This document shows, in pieces, positions 1 through 9,702 of a DNA stretch of 64,000 bases. Both the position numbers and the translations under genes were made by a program. The notes beneath the pieces are model-generated. The model was not told where the DNA came from. It was given only the letters and a program-made list of their open reading frames with translations, and did no database searches. The number at the start of each line of letters is the position of its first letter. Within the stretch, counting starts at the first letter, position 1. Source of the stretch: Bacteroidota bacterium (GTDB lineage: Bacteria > Bacteroidota > Bacteroidia > Flavobacteriales > Flavobacteriaceae); assembly GCA_036161535.1 (NCBI GenBank), contig JAYYCW010000059.1, forward strand, positions 203 through 64,202, written 5' to 3'.

Positions 1-486
1 TTTAAAAAAATACTGGTCTGGTCTGAACAGTGCAGAAATCAAAAATACTTTTGCAGCATGTGTTTTAAGGGCTGCTAGATAATTTGGCCAAAGTTCATAT
101 TTTACAAAAACAACCATTTTCGGATTTGTTATATTTAGAAACGACTCAACATTTTTTTGAGTGTCCAAGGGAAGGTAAACTACGATTGGCGTAATGGGGT
201 TTTTTCTGCGAATCTCATAACCAGATGGCGAAAAGAACGACAGAACAATTTTTGCTTTGGGGTATGATTGTTTAATTTTTTTAAAAACGGGAAGTCCCTG
301 TTCATATTCTCCCAAGGAGGCACAATGAAACCAAAAGACAAGGTCATTTTTTTGAATATTCTCTTCTAAAAATTTAAAAGTATCTCGACGGCCTCTTACC
401 CCTTTTTTAATTTTTTTATCAAAAAGGCTTATCGCTGGAAGTAAAAAGTTGGCCAGCGAGACGGCAAAATTATAAACAATAAACAA
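1..486 (-). CDS. waaA: Kdo transferase WaaA/KdtA, 5' part (runs off window start)
   Basis: Not in the ORF track. Manual minus-strand translation from TTG at 486: MFIVYNFAVSLANFLL...VFWFHCASLGEYEQGLPV...FFSPSGYE..., which carries the WaaA N-terminal W-x-H-x-ASLGE motif. Confidence 0.9.
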   Translation of the reverse strand, partial: MFIVYNFAVSLANFLLPAISLFDKKIKKGVRGRRDTFKFLEENIQKNDLVFWFHCASLGEYEQGLPVFKKIKQSYPKAKIVLSFFSPSGYEIRRKNPITPIVVYLPLDTQKNVESFLNITNPKMVVFVKYELWPNYLAALKTHAAKVFLISALFRPDQYFFK

Positions 487-599
487 TTGTTAAGGTTTTA
501 AACAAAAATACATTCTTTATCTTAATTTTAGCATTTACACCTTGCTAATTTTGTATTTTTGTTGCGGTACCAACTGGTATAAATTCATTAACAGAGATT

Positions 600-1751
600 A
601 TGAAGAAAATTCAAATGGTAGACCTTAAGGGTCAGTATCAAGCAATAAAAAAAGAAGTGAATGCTTCCATACAAGAAGTGATTGATACTGCAGCATTTAT
701 CAATGGTCCAAAAGTTAAAATATTTCAAAAAAACCTTGAATCCTATCTAGGAGTAAAGCATGTTATTCCATGTGCGAATGGCACTGATGCCCTTCAAATT
801 GCCATGATGGGTTTGGGCTTAAAACCAGGAGATGAGGTGATCACTGCGGATTTTACATTTGCTGCAACCGTCGAAGTGATAGCATTATTGGGTTTAACTC
901 CGGTGCTTGTCGATGTGGATCCAGAATACTTTAATATTGATATTGAAGCAATTAGAAAAGCCATCACGACAAAAACCAAAGCCATTGTACCTGTTCACTT
1001 ATTTGGTCAGTGCGCTGATATGGAGGCCATTCTAAAAATTGCGGGAGAACACAATCTATTTGTAATTGAAGACAATGCGCAAGCCATTGGTGCCACCCAT
1101 ACAGCTTCTGATGGTGTTAAAGCCAAAGCAGGCACTCTGGGCCATGTGGCTTCTACTTCTTTTTTCCCTTCCAAAAATCTAGGTTGTTATGGAGACGGCG
1201 GCGCTATTTTTACAAACGATGACGACCTAGCACATACTATTAGAGGTATTGTTAACCACGGCATGTATAAGCGTTACCATCACGATGTTGTAGGAGTCAA
1301 TTCTCGCTTAGACTCCATCCAGGCAGCAGTTTTAGACGCAAAACTTCCGAAATTAGATGCATATAATAAAGCACGTCGAGATGCCGCTAGAAAATACAAT
1401 TCTGCTTTTAGAAATCATCCCAATATTTCAATTCCCAAGACTGGTAGAGACTGTGAAAATATTTGTGAACATTGTGATTGTCATGTTTTCCATCAATACA
1501 CTCTAAAGCTTAAAAATGCTGATCGGGATGGATTGGTGGCCCATTTAAATTCCAAAGGCATCCCCTGTGGTGTTTACTATCCGATTCCACTACACCAACA
1601 AAAAGCTTATCAAAGCGAGCGTTACAATGAAGCGGATTTTAAAGTGACCAATCAACTGTCCCAAGAAGTTTTTTCCCTTCCTATGCATACGGAGTTGGAG
1701 AACGATCAGATTGATTACATCATAAACGCAGTCAAGGAATATTTAGGCTGA
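600..1751 (+). CDS. DegT/DnrJ/EryC1/StrS family PLP-dependent sugar aminotransferase
   Basis: NGTDAL, PVHLFGQ, IEDNAQA and SFFPSKNLGCYGDGG motifs. Confidence 0.93.
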   Translation: MKKIQMVDLKGQYQAIKKEVNASIQEVIDTAAFINGPKVKIFQKNLESYLGVKHVIPCANGTDALQIAMMGLGLKPGDEVITADFTFAATVEVIALLGLTPVLVDVDPEYFNIDIEAIRKAITTKTKAIVPVHLFGQCADMEAILKIAGEHNLFVIEDNAQAIGATHTASDGVKAKAGTLGHVASTSFFPSKNLGCYGDGGAIFTNDDDLAHTIRGIVNHGMYKRYHHDVVGVNSRLDSIQAAVLDAKLPKLDAYNKARRDAARKYNSAFRNHPNISIPKTGRDCENICEHCDCHVFHQYTLKLKNADRDGLVAHLNSKGIPCGVYYPIPLHQQKAYQSERYNEADFKVTNQLSQEVFSLPMHTELENDQIDYIINAVKEYLG

Positions 1752-2240
1752 AGATTTTTTATTCTGAGCTCTTTCTTTCAAAGTCGCTATTAAAATCAAT
1801 ACCATTCCAGTTGTGACTGATAAATCGGCAATATTGAAAATTCCTGTTCTTACGATGCTAAAATCCATAAACAAAAAGTCTGTTACGGAGCCATAAAGAA
1901 AACGGTCAAATAAATTGGCCAGTCCACCGCCAACGATGCAACACAGCCCAATCGTTGTAAGCCAATCCAGTGATTTATTTGTGAATAAATAATACAAAAC
2001 AAAGCCAAGTACCATTGTGGGAACCATAAGTAAAAAGATTAATTTGATGGTTGGGTTGGATTCACTGCCCATCCCTAAAAAGGCCCCTGAATTTTCAACA
2101 TTCATCAACTGAAGTAATTCACCCACAATCTCAGTTCGAGTGCCAGGAACAACTTTTTCACGCACTATATACTTTGTGTATTGGTCTGCTCCTATATTTA
2201 GGAAAATCAAAAGGAGAATGTATAGTTGTTTTTTGTACAT
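1743..2240 (-). CDS. lspA: Lipoprotein signal peptidase (signal peptidase II)
   Basis: DQxTK, NSGAF, NLFDR, VTDF and FNIAD catalytic motifs; about 4 hydrophobic segments. Confidence 0.92.
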   Translation of the reverse strand: MYKKQLYILLLIFLNIGADQYTKYIVREKVVPGTRTEIVGELLQLMNVENSGAFLGMGSESNPTIKLIFLLMVPTMVLGFVLYYLFTNKSLDWLTTIGLCCIVGGGLANLFDRFLYGSVTDFLFMDFSIVRTGIFNIADLSVTTGMVLILIATLKERAQNKKSSA

Positions 2241-2242
2241 AC

Positions 2243-3130
2243 TTAATTTTCAAATACTGCTGCGGCAGTGGCCGCCTCCTTGTTTATTTTACGCACCAAA
2301 CCCTGAAGGACATTTCCAGGCCCGACTTCGGTAAAATTTTTGGCTCCATCAAGAATCATTTGTTCTACAGACTGGGCCCATTTTACAGGAGCTGTCAGTT
2401 GTGCTATTAAATTTCTTTTGATTTCTACTGAGTCAACAACCGCCGTAGCCGTTGCATTTTGGTAAATTGGACAGCTTGGAGTTTTGAATACAGTATTTTC
2501 AATGGCGCTGGCGAGATGTTCTCTTGCGGGCTCCATTAGCGGGGAGTGAAAAGCACCTCCAACCGGCAATACCAAGGCTCTTCTGGCGCCTTTTTCTTTT
2601 AAGGTTTCACAAGCTTTATGTATAGATTCAATCGCTCCAGAAATCACCAACTGTCCTGGGCAATTGTAATTCGCAGCTACGACAACCCCCTCTGTTTCAC
2701 TGCAAACAGCTTCTACAATTGCATTGTCCAAGCCCAATACCGCGGCCATAGTGCTTTCAGACATTTCACAAGCTTTTTGCATGGCCTCAGCCCGTTGGGC
2801 AACGAGATTAAGTCCACTCTCAAAGTCCAAGACCTTATTGGCAACCAAGGCAGAAAATTCTCCCAAAGAGTGGCCTGCGACCATATCTGGGTTAAAATTA
2901 GCGCCCAAGCACTTGGCTAAAATCACAGAATGTAAAAAAATAGCAGGTTGGGTGACTTTGGTTTGCTTTAAATCAGCAGCCTCTCCTTCAAACATGGTTT
3001 CGGTGATCTTAAATCCTAGAATTGAATTTGCTTTTTTAAACAGAGCTTTGGCTTCTTTGGATTGTTCGTAAAGTGATTTTCCCATCCCTGGGAATTGAGC
3101 ACCTTGACCTGGAAAAATAAATGCATTCAT
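2243..3130 (-). CDS. fabD: Malonyl-CoA:ACP transacylase
   Basis: FPGQGAQ, GHSLGE and GAFHS motifs. Confidence 0.97.
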   Translation of the reverse strand: MNAFIFPGQGAQFPGMGKSLYEQSKEAKALFKKANSILGFKITETMFEGEAADLKQTKVTQPAIFLHSVILAKCLGANFNPDMVAGHSLGEFSALVANKVLDFESGLNLVAQRAEAMQKACEMSESTMAAVLGLDNAIVEAVCSETEGVVVAANYNCPGQLVISGAIESIHKACETLKEKGARRALVLPVGGAFHSPLMEPAREHLASAIENTVFKTPSCPIYQNATATAVVDSVEIKRNLIAQLTAPVKWAQSVEQMILDGAKNFTEVGPGNVLQGLVRKINKEAATAAAVFEN

Positions 3131-3141
3131 TGCGTTTAAAA

Positions 3142-3660
3142 TTAGTTGATATTGGTTTGTCTTTTGTAAGTGATAAAACTAAAATCACAAGCGTGTTTTT
3201 CGTCTTTTGAGATTCGCTCTCTTTTAATTTCCTCCCAATGATTTAAATCTATCTCGGGGAAATAAGTATCCCCATCAAAGTTTTCATGTACACGGGTCAG
3301 CTCAATAATTGATGCATAGGGAAGGGCCTGCTTATAAATTTCACCACCTCCAATAATATAGGGCTGCTCGTCGTTCACGACTGCTTCAATGGCCTTTTCT
3401 ATGGAGTTAACAACCACGACACCTTCTGGGACTCTATAATTTTTTTGACGCGTAATGACAATGTGGGTGCGGTTGGGCAATGGCTTTGGAAAACTTTCAA
3501 ATGTTTTTCTGCCCATAATCATATGGTGTCCGGAAGTCAGGGTTTTAAAGCGTTTCAGATCAATACTCAAATCCCAAATAAGATCGTTGTCTTTTCCAAT
3601 GACTTGATTTTCTGAAACCGCAACAATAACGGTGAGTGGTGGATGGTTTTTTGTGTTCAA
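3142..3660 (-). CDS. folA: Dihydrofolate reductase
   Basis: VIGKDNDLIW, MGRKTFES, PLPNR, IIGGGEIY, GDTYFP; adjacent to thyA. Confidence 0.96.
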   Translation of the reverse strand: MNTKNHPPLTVIVAVSENQVIGKDNDLIWDLSIDLKRFKTLTSGHHMIMGRKTFESFPKPLPNRTHIVITRQKNYRVPEGVVVVNSIEKAIEAVVNDEQPYIIGGGEIYKQALPYASIIELTRVHENFDGDTYFPEIDLNHWEEIKRERISKDEKHACDFSFITYKRQTNIN

Positions 3661-3704
3661 TAGACTAAGACATTTGAGCGCAAAAATAGCGTTTTAAATT
3701 AAAA

Positions 3705-4529
3705 TTATACAGCAACTTTGCCTTTGATGTGCGGATGTGGGTTGTAGTCTAAAAGAGTAAAATCATCAAAAGTAAAATCAAATATGTCTTTTATTTCAGG
3801 GTTGAGCAGCATTTGAGGCAATGGTCTGGGGTCTCTTGAGCGCTGCAGTTCCAATTGTTCCAAATGGTTATTATAGATATGTGCATCCCCTAAGGTGTGT
3901 ACAAAGTCTCCCGCTTCATACCCACAAACTTGTGCCATCATCATGGTAAAAAGGGCATAAGAGGCAATATTAAATGGGACTCCTAAGAAAATATCTGCAC
4001 TGCGCTGATACAACTGGCAAGAGAGTTTCCCTTTGTGAACATAAAACTGAAAAAAGGCATGGCAGGGTGGTAAAGCGGCTTTTCCATTGGCAACGTTTTC
4101 TGAAAAAGATTTTGAGGTGTCTGGTAGCACTGAAGGATTCCAAGCCGAGACCAGCATTCTCCGACTGTTTGGGTTGTTTTTTAGATCTTTAATAACCAAT
4201 TCGATCTGATCAATCTCATCACTATTCCAGTTTCTCCATTGGTGGCCATAAACAGGGCCAAGGTCACCATTTTCATCCGCCCATTCGTTCCAAATACGAA
4301 CCCCATTCTCTGTCAAATATTTAATATTTGAATCCCCTTTAAGAAACCAAAGTAATTCATACACTATGGATTTTAAGTGAAGTTTTTTTGTAGTCACCAT
4401 TGGAAACCCTTCGCTTAAATCGAAACGCATTTGGTAACCAAACACACTTTTTGTTCCGGTTCCAGTGCGATCACCTTTTTCATTTCCATGCTCTAAAACA
4501 TGGGACACTAAGTCCAAATATTGCTTCAT
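3705..4529 (-). CDS. thyA: Thymidylate synthase
   Basis: [27 protein letters not shown]. Confidence 0.98.
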   Translation of the reverse strand: MKQYLDLVSHVLEHGNEKGDRTGTGTKSVFGYQMRFDLSEGFPMVTTKKLHLKSIVYELLWFLKGDSNIKYLTENGVRIWNEWADENGDLGPVYGHQWRNWNSDEIDQIELVIKDLKNNPNSRRMLVSAWNPSVLPDTSKSFSENVANGKAALPPCHAFFQFYVHKGKLSCQLYQRSADIFLGVPFNIASYALFTMMMAQVCGYEAGDFVHTLGDAHIYNNHLEQLELQRSRDPRPLPQMLLNPEIKDIFDFTFDDFTLLDYNPHPHIKGKVAV

Positions 4530-4622
4530 AAAACGGCCAATTAATACTCAATAAAAATAAATAATACCCTACTGAATTTGAAGCTTTGTGCTTTAATAAT
4601 TTAAAAAGTTATCAACTGAACT

Positions 4623-6014
4623 CTAGCCAATGATAAGTCCTGCAATGACCGCGGAGAGCAAGGAAGCGATGCTGCCCCCAACAAGTGCCTTTATACCCAA
4701 TTCAGAGAGTGTTTTTCTTTGGCCTGGTGCTAGGGAACCAATACCGCCAACCTGAATGCCTATTGATGCAAAGTTTGCAAATCCGCAAAGCATATAAGTT
4801 GCCATAATCACAGATTTTTCATATTTTAAATGAACAACTTCCAAAGGATTTTTAAGTTCTGCCAATTGTATATAGCCTATAAACTCACTAGCCACAAGTT
4901 TGATCCCTAAAAGCTGTCCCATAAGTGTGATGTCCTCTTTGGCGATTCCAATAAGCCACATTAATGGTGCAAATGCATAACCCAAGATAAATTCTAGTGA
5001 CAGGCTTTCGTAGGCTGTGTGGTCTTGCAACCAGCTGTTTATGTTGCCGAAGCTTCCAACCCATCCCAAGATGCCATTAAGCATGGCTATTAAGGCTAAA
5101 AACACCAACAGCATAGCCCCAATATTAAGGGCCAATTTCAATCCTTCAGTTGTTCCATTGGCAATGGCATCAAGTATGTTAGATCCAACTTTGTCTTGAG
5201 AAACTTGAACATCATTTTTGATGGTTTCAGTTTGAGGATAAAGAATTTTAGAAATCACAATGGCACCAGGAGCAGCCATGACTGAGGCCGTCAGCAAGTG
5301 TTTGGCATAATATTCACGTAAAAATTCATCTTCACCTCCTAAAAATCCAATGTAGGCAGCCAGTACTCCTCCAGCGACAGTCGCCATTCCACCAATCATA
5401 ACAAGAAGAATTTCAGATTTATTCATTTTTTCTAGGTACGCCTTTATCATAAGAGGCGACTCCGTCTGCCCTAAAAAGATATTCCCTGCAACGCTCAAGC
5501 TTTCAGCCCCTGAGACCTTTAACAACTTGGTTAGTAACCAAGCCAGACCTTTGACAACTTTTTGAATCACACCAAGATAAAAAAGCAGGGATGTCAATGC
5601 TGAAAAGAAGATAATGGTGGGTAGAATAGAAATTGCAAAAGTATCCAAAGAATTTTCTATTTTTCCAGTTGAAAAAGCTGCAAATAGAAATTCAGTGCCT
5701 TTCATTGTAAAGTCTAGAACTGCTAAAAAGAGATTTCCAATCCAACGAAAAATATCCTGTACAAAGTCCACTCTTAAAACACATATGGCTAAAATGAGTT
5801 GTGCCATCAGCCCAAAGCCCACCGTTCTCCAATTAATGGCCTTTCGATTGTTGCTAAGTAGAATCGATATACCAATAAGAACGGCCATACCCAAAAGTCC
5901 ACGCAAAAGACTTTCTAAGCTAAAACCTTGGCTTTGAATAATTTCTATTGAATGTTCCTGGGAAAATGTTATTTGGCTAAAAAAAAGAACAAATAATAAT
6001 AAATAAGATTTCAT
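4623..6014 (-). CDS. CNT/NupC family nucleoside transporter
   Basis: NIFLGQTESPL, GMATVAGG, LCGFANFASIGI; polytopic membrane protein. Confidence 0.93.
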   Translation of the reverse strand: MKSYLLLFVLFFSQITFSQEHSIEIIQSQGFSLESLLRGLLGMAVLIGISILLSNNRKAINWRTVGFGLMAQLILAICVLRVDFVQDIFRWIGNLFLAVLDFTMKGTEFLFAAFSTGKIENSLDTFAISILPTIIFFSALTSLLFYLGVIQKVVKGLAWLLTKLLKVSGAESLSVAGNIFLGQTESPLMIKAYLEKMNKSEILLVMIGGMATVAGGVLAAYIGFLGGEDEFLREYYAKHLLTASVMAAPGAIVISKILYPQTETIKNDVQVSQDKVGSNILDAIANGTTEGLKLALNIGAMLLVFLALIAMLNGILGWVGSFGNINSWLQDHTAYESLSLEFILGYAFAPLMWLIGIAKEDITLMGQLLGIKLVASEFIGYIQLAELKNPLEVVHLKYEKSVIMATYMLCGFANFASIGIQVGGIGSLAPGQRKTLSELGIKALVGGSIASLLSAVIAGLIIG

Positions 6015-6035
6015 TTAAAAATTGATTAATAGTTA

Positions 6036-6653
6036 TCAGCGCTTAGAGATTTCATCTCTAAGCTTTGCAGCCACTTCATAGTCTTCACCTTGGACTGCTT
6101 TTTTCAGCAGATCCTTTAAATCTGAAAGTGAGAGATCTTTAAAAGTCTCATCTGCAGGGACTTTCATTTTTTTCCCTTTGTCAGGCTCACTTTCGAAAAC
6201 TAGACTGTCTTCAATTTTTTCACCCTCTTTAACATTGTCAATTTTTAGAATAACCCCTGCTTTGTCTAAAATGTTTTTATAAGTAAAAATTGGTGCGGAA
6301 AATCGCAACGCCAATGCAATGGCGTCGCTGGTTCTCGCGTCAATTATTTCTTCAATATTGTTGTTTTCACAAATCAAAGAGGCGTAAAATACGCCGTCGA
6401 CGAGTTTGTGAATAATAACTTGTTTAACAACAATATTAAAACGCTCGGAAAAGTTTTTAAATAAATCGTGAGTAAGCGGTCTTGGGGGACGAATGTCTTT
6501 TTCAAGTGCTATGGCAATTGATTGGGCTTCAAATGCACCAATGACAATGGGGAGTTTGCGTTCGCCGTTTTCTTCACTGAGGATGAGCGCGTAAGCACCA
6601 CTTTGTGTTTGGCTGTAGGAAATTCCTTTGATATTTAGTCGTATTAAACTCAT
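6036..6653 (-). CDS. Bifunctional nuclease (DUF151) family protein with C-terminal UVR-like helix
   Basis: LPIVIGxFEA, RPLTHDL, DARxSDAIALA; C-terminal EDYEVAAKLRDEI. Confidence 0.88.
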   Translation of the reverse strand: MSLIRLNIKGISYSQTQSGAYALILSEENGERKLPIVIGAFEAQSIAIALEKDIRPPRPLTHDLFKNFSERFNIVVKQVIIHKLVDGVFYASLICENNNIEEIIDARTSDAIALALRFSAPIFTYKNILDKAGVILKIDNVKEGEKIEDSLVFESEPDKGKKMKVPADETFKDLSLSDLKDLLKKAVQGEDYEVAAKLRDEISKR

Positions 6654-6715
6654 TGTTTATATTGACAAATAACAATTTTAATTCCTAAAATACCAAACTT
6701 ATATGTCTTTTATTT

Positions 6716-7678
6716 TTAAGGATATAAATTTTGTACCTTAAAAGCTTTCAATTTTTCTGTTAACTTGGGGACGACATCAAAAGCATCACCAACAATACCA
6801 TAATCAGCTGCTTTAAAAAAAGGGGCTTCTGGATCATTGTTGATGACTACTTTAATCTTTGATGAATTAACCCCGGCTAGGTGTTGAATAGCACCTGATA
6901 TTCCAATGGCAATATAAAGGTTGCTAGCCACTGGCTTACCAGTTTGACCTACATGCTCGCTGTGCGGCCTCCAGCCAAGGTCTGAGACTGGTTTTGAGCA
7001 AGCAGTCGCCGCTCCTAAAACCTCAGCTAAATTTTCAATTAAGTTCCAATTTTCGGGTCCTTTTAAACCGCGGCCAGCAGAAACCACAATATCAGCGTCT
7101 GCAATGGAAACTTTGTCAGTGGCTCTGTCAATGCCCTTTACAGTAATTTTTGAAGTCTTAAAGATCGGTTCAAAAGCTTCTACAGATGCAGAGGCCGATT
7201 TTTCAACCAGTCCAAAAGCATTGTTAGACAATCCAATAATCTTAACTTCCGTTGTGATTTCCGTAATTTCAAAAGCTTTGTTGGTAAAGACACTTCTTTT
7301 GACTTGAAAAGGGATTATACTGGTCGGTTGCGATACAACGTTTGGCACATAACCAGCTTTGAGTCCGACGCAAAGCATTGGCGCTAAATATTTACTGTCT
7401 GCACTACTACTTAAAACGACCAGTCTAGTATGCTCCTTTTCAGCAGCCTGTTTTATGATATCGGCGTAAACTTCGGCATTAAAATCTTGGGTCGTTTGAA
7501 CATTTAAAATTTTATCAACACCATATTTACCCAAAACAGAACAATCTTCAGCATTAAAAACAACCGCTGTTAAAGCACTGTTTGTTTTATTTGCCAGGGC
7601 GCCTGCATATGAGGCAACTTCTAAAGCTGCTTTTTTGAAATTTCCATTTTCAGATTCGATGTATGCTAGTACAGACAT
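6716..7678 (-). CDS. etfA: Electron transfer flavoprotein alpha subunit
   Basis: VGQTGK, LYIAIGISGAIQHLAG, ADYGIVGD. Confidence 0.96.
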   Translation of the reverse strand: MSVLAYIESENGNFKKAALEVASYAGALANKTNSALTAVVFNAEDCSVLGKYGVDKILNVQTTQDFNAEVYADIIKQAAEKEHTRLVVLSSSADSKYLAPMLCVGLKAGYVPNVVSQPTSIIPFQVKRSVFTNKAFEITEITTEVKIIGLSNNAFGLVEKSASASVEAFEPIFKTSKITVKGIDRATDKVSIADADIVVSAGRGLKGPENWNLIENLAEVLGAATACSKPVSDLGWRPHSEHVGQTGKPVASNLYIAIGISGAIQHLAGVNSSKIKVVINNDPEAPFFKAADYGIVGDAFDVVPKLTEKLKAFKVQNLYP

Positions 7679-7688
7679 AGGTTTGGTT

Positions 7689-8438
7689 TTAAAGTACTTT
7701 GGCTTCGTTGTGTAAAAGGCTTATTAATTCGTCAATATTTTCGGCATCTACCATTTTAATTGCGCTTTTTGCGGGGGGGGGTTCAAAAGAAATAGACCGA
7801 GTTTTTTGTTCAGTGTTTGTTGACTCAAAGATAGTTAGAGGTTTTTTCCGAGCCATCATAATTCCTCGCATATTGGGAATTTTTAAATCACTTTCTTCAA
7901 CCAATCCTTTTTGGGCCCCAATTACAAGAGGTAAAGAGGCCGATAAAGTTTCCTTTCCACCGTCAATTTCTCTAACAGCTATAGCATTTAATCCGCTAAG
8001 CTCCAATGCTATACAGTTATTGACAAAGCTCGCTCCTATGTTTGCTGCGATCATTCCAGGAACAACCCCTCCATTGTAGTCAATAGATTCCCTGCCAGCA
8101 ATTATCAGGTCATAACCGCCCTCTTTTGCAACTTTGGAGAGTTCGCTGGCTACTGCGTAGCCGTCCAAAGCTGGGGTGTCAATCCTAATGGCTGCATCAG
8201 CTCCAATGGCAAGTGCTTTTCTCAGGGTCGGCTCTGTTTCAGGACCTCCAACACTGACCACATCTACCGAAGCTCCTTGGCGTTCTTTGAACCACATGGC
8301 ACGAGTCAAGCCAAATTCATCGTTTGGATTGATGACAAATTGCACTCCACTGCTATCAAATTTTAAATTATTTGCTGTGAAATTTATTTTTGAAGTGGTG
8401 TCAGGAACATGGCTGATACAGACTAAAATTTTCATCAT
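7689..8438 (-). CDS. etfB: Electron transfer flavoprotein beta subunit
   Basis: MKILVCISHVPD, INPND, ALAIGAD; adjacent to etfA. Confidence 0.95.
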   Translation of the reverse strand: MMKILVCISHVPDTTSKINFTANNLKFDSSGVQFVINPNDEFGLTRAMWFKERQGASVDVVSVGGPETEPTLRKALAIGADAAIRIDTPALDGYAVASELSKVAKEGGYDLIIAGRESIDYNGGVVPGMIAANIGASFVNNCIALELSGLNAIAVREIDGGKETLSASLPLVIGAQKGLVEESDLKIPNMRGIMMARKKPLTIFESTNTEQKTRSISFEPPPAKSAIKMVDAENIDELISLLHNEAKVL

Positions 8439-8482
8439 TTAGATTGTTTTATTTATAATACAAATTTACAAAAAAAAGATTC

Positions 8483-8508
8483 AATTTCCTATGCGTGCAT
8501 AGGAAATT
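8483..8508. promoter_or_regulatory. Perfect 12-2-12 inverted repeat, putative operator between divergent etfB and pdhB
   Basis: AATTTCCTATGC-GT-GCATAGGAAATT; flanked by -7 boxes TAAATTTG (minus strand, 8461-8468) and TATTTTTG (plus strand, 8548-8555). Confidence 0.6.
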
Positions 8509-8632
8509 TTTTAAATAATATTGGCTTTAAATATGATTGTTTATTCTTATTTTTGTGATACAGCTAAGATATAGATTCTAAGAAACCAATTTTTTTATTC
8601 TACATCTAATGTATTAATATAGGAATTAACAT

Positions 8633-9610
8633 ATGAAAACATTACAATTTAGAGAGGCTGTTTGTGAAGCCATGAGTGAAGAAATGCGTCGGGATGATAG
8701 TGTTTATTTGATGGGGGAGGAAGTTGCAGAGTACAATGGCGCTTACAAGGCATCAAAAGGAATGCTGGATGAATTTGGAGAAAAGCGGGTCATTGACACA
8801 CCGATTTCTGAGTGTGGTTTTTCGGGAATTGCAGTTGGTTCTACCATGACAGGCAATCGCCCAATTGTAGAGTTTATGACTTTTAACTTTTCATTAGTGG
8901 GCATCGATCAAATTATAAATAATGCTGCGAAAATCAGACAAATGTCTGGTGGACAATTTAAATGTCCAATTGTTTTTAGAGGCCCTACCGCTTCTGCTGG
9001 GCAGCTGGCCGCCACACATTCACAAGCCTTTGAGAGCTGGTTTGCAAATTGTCCAGGCTTAAAAGTCATTGTACCATCAAATCCATATGACGCAAAAGGC
9101 TTGCTTAAAGCGGCCATTAGAGATGATGACCCTGTTATATTTATGGAAAGTGAGCAAATGTATGGAGACAAGGGAGAGGTCCCTGAAGGTGAATACATTT
9201 TACCTATTGGGGTTGCAGATATCAAGCGTTCAGGTTCAGATGTCACTGTTGTATCTTTTGGAAAGATTATCAAAGAAGCCTACAAAGCGGCTGACAGCTT
9301 AGAAAAAGAGGGTATTTCCATTGAAATCATTGATTTGAGAACCGTTTGTCCATTGGATATTAAAACCGTCATTGATTCTGTAAAAAAGACCAATCGATTG
9401 GTCATTTTAGAAGAGGCTTGGCCATTTGGAAATGTATCCACAGAAATCACTTACCAGGTCCAAGAAAAAGCGTTTGATTATCTCGATGCACCTGTAATCA
9501 AAATCAACACAGCTGATACACCAGCGCCTTACTCGCCGGTATTGTTGCAAGAGTGGCTGCCCAACAGTGGAGATGTGATCAAGGCAGTAAAAAAAGTCTT
9601 GTATAAATAA
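8633..9610 (+). CDS. pdhB: Pyruvate dehydrogenase E1 beta subunit
   Basis: GEEVAEYNGAYK, DTPISE, EFMTFNF, THSQ. Confidence 0.95.
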   Translation: MKTLQFREAVCEAMSEEMRRDDSVYLMGEEVAEYNGAYKASKGMLDEFGEKRVIDTPISECGFSGIAVGSTMTGNRPIVEFMTFNFSLVGIDQIINNAAKIRQMSGGQFKCPIVFRGPTASAGQLAATHSQAFESWFANCPGLKVIVPSNPYDAKGLLKAAIRDDDPVIFMESEQMYGDKGEVPEGEYILPIGVADIKRSGSDVTVVSFGKIIKEAYKAADSLEKEGISIEIIDLRTVCPLDIKTVIDSVKKTNRLVILEEAWPFGNVSTEITYQVQEKAFDYLDAPVIKINTADTPAPYSPVLLQEWLPNSGDVIKAVKKVLYK

Positions 9611-9702
9611 AACAACTTAATTTTTTAATAGAAAAATAGATTTTCTATTGTTAATCATTTTACTACATTTGTTGCCTTTAAAAAATTAATTAAAACAATA
9701 TT

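Noticed and set aside
7773-7781. G9 homopolymer inside etfB (possible phase variation)
   Set aside because: Encodes Pro-Pro-Pro in an intact housekeeping frame
9627-9649. AT-rich inverted repeat AATAGAAAA...TTTTCTATT between pdhB and hppA
   Set aside because: Could be a weak terminator or operator, but too low in complexity to support a call
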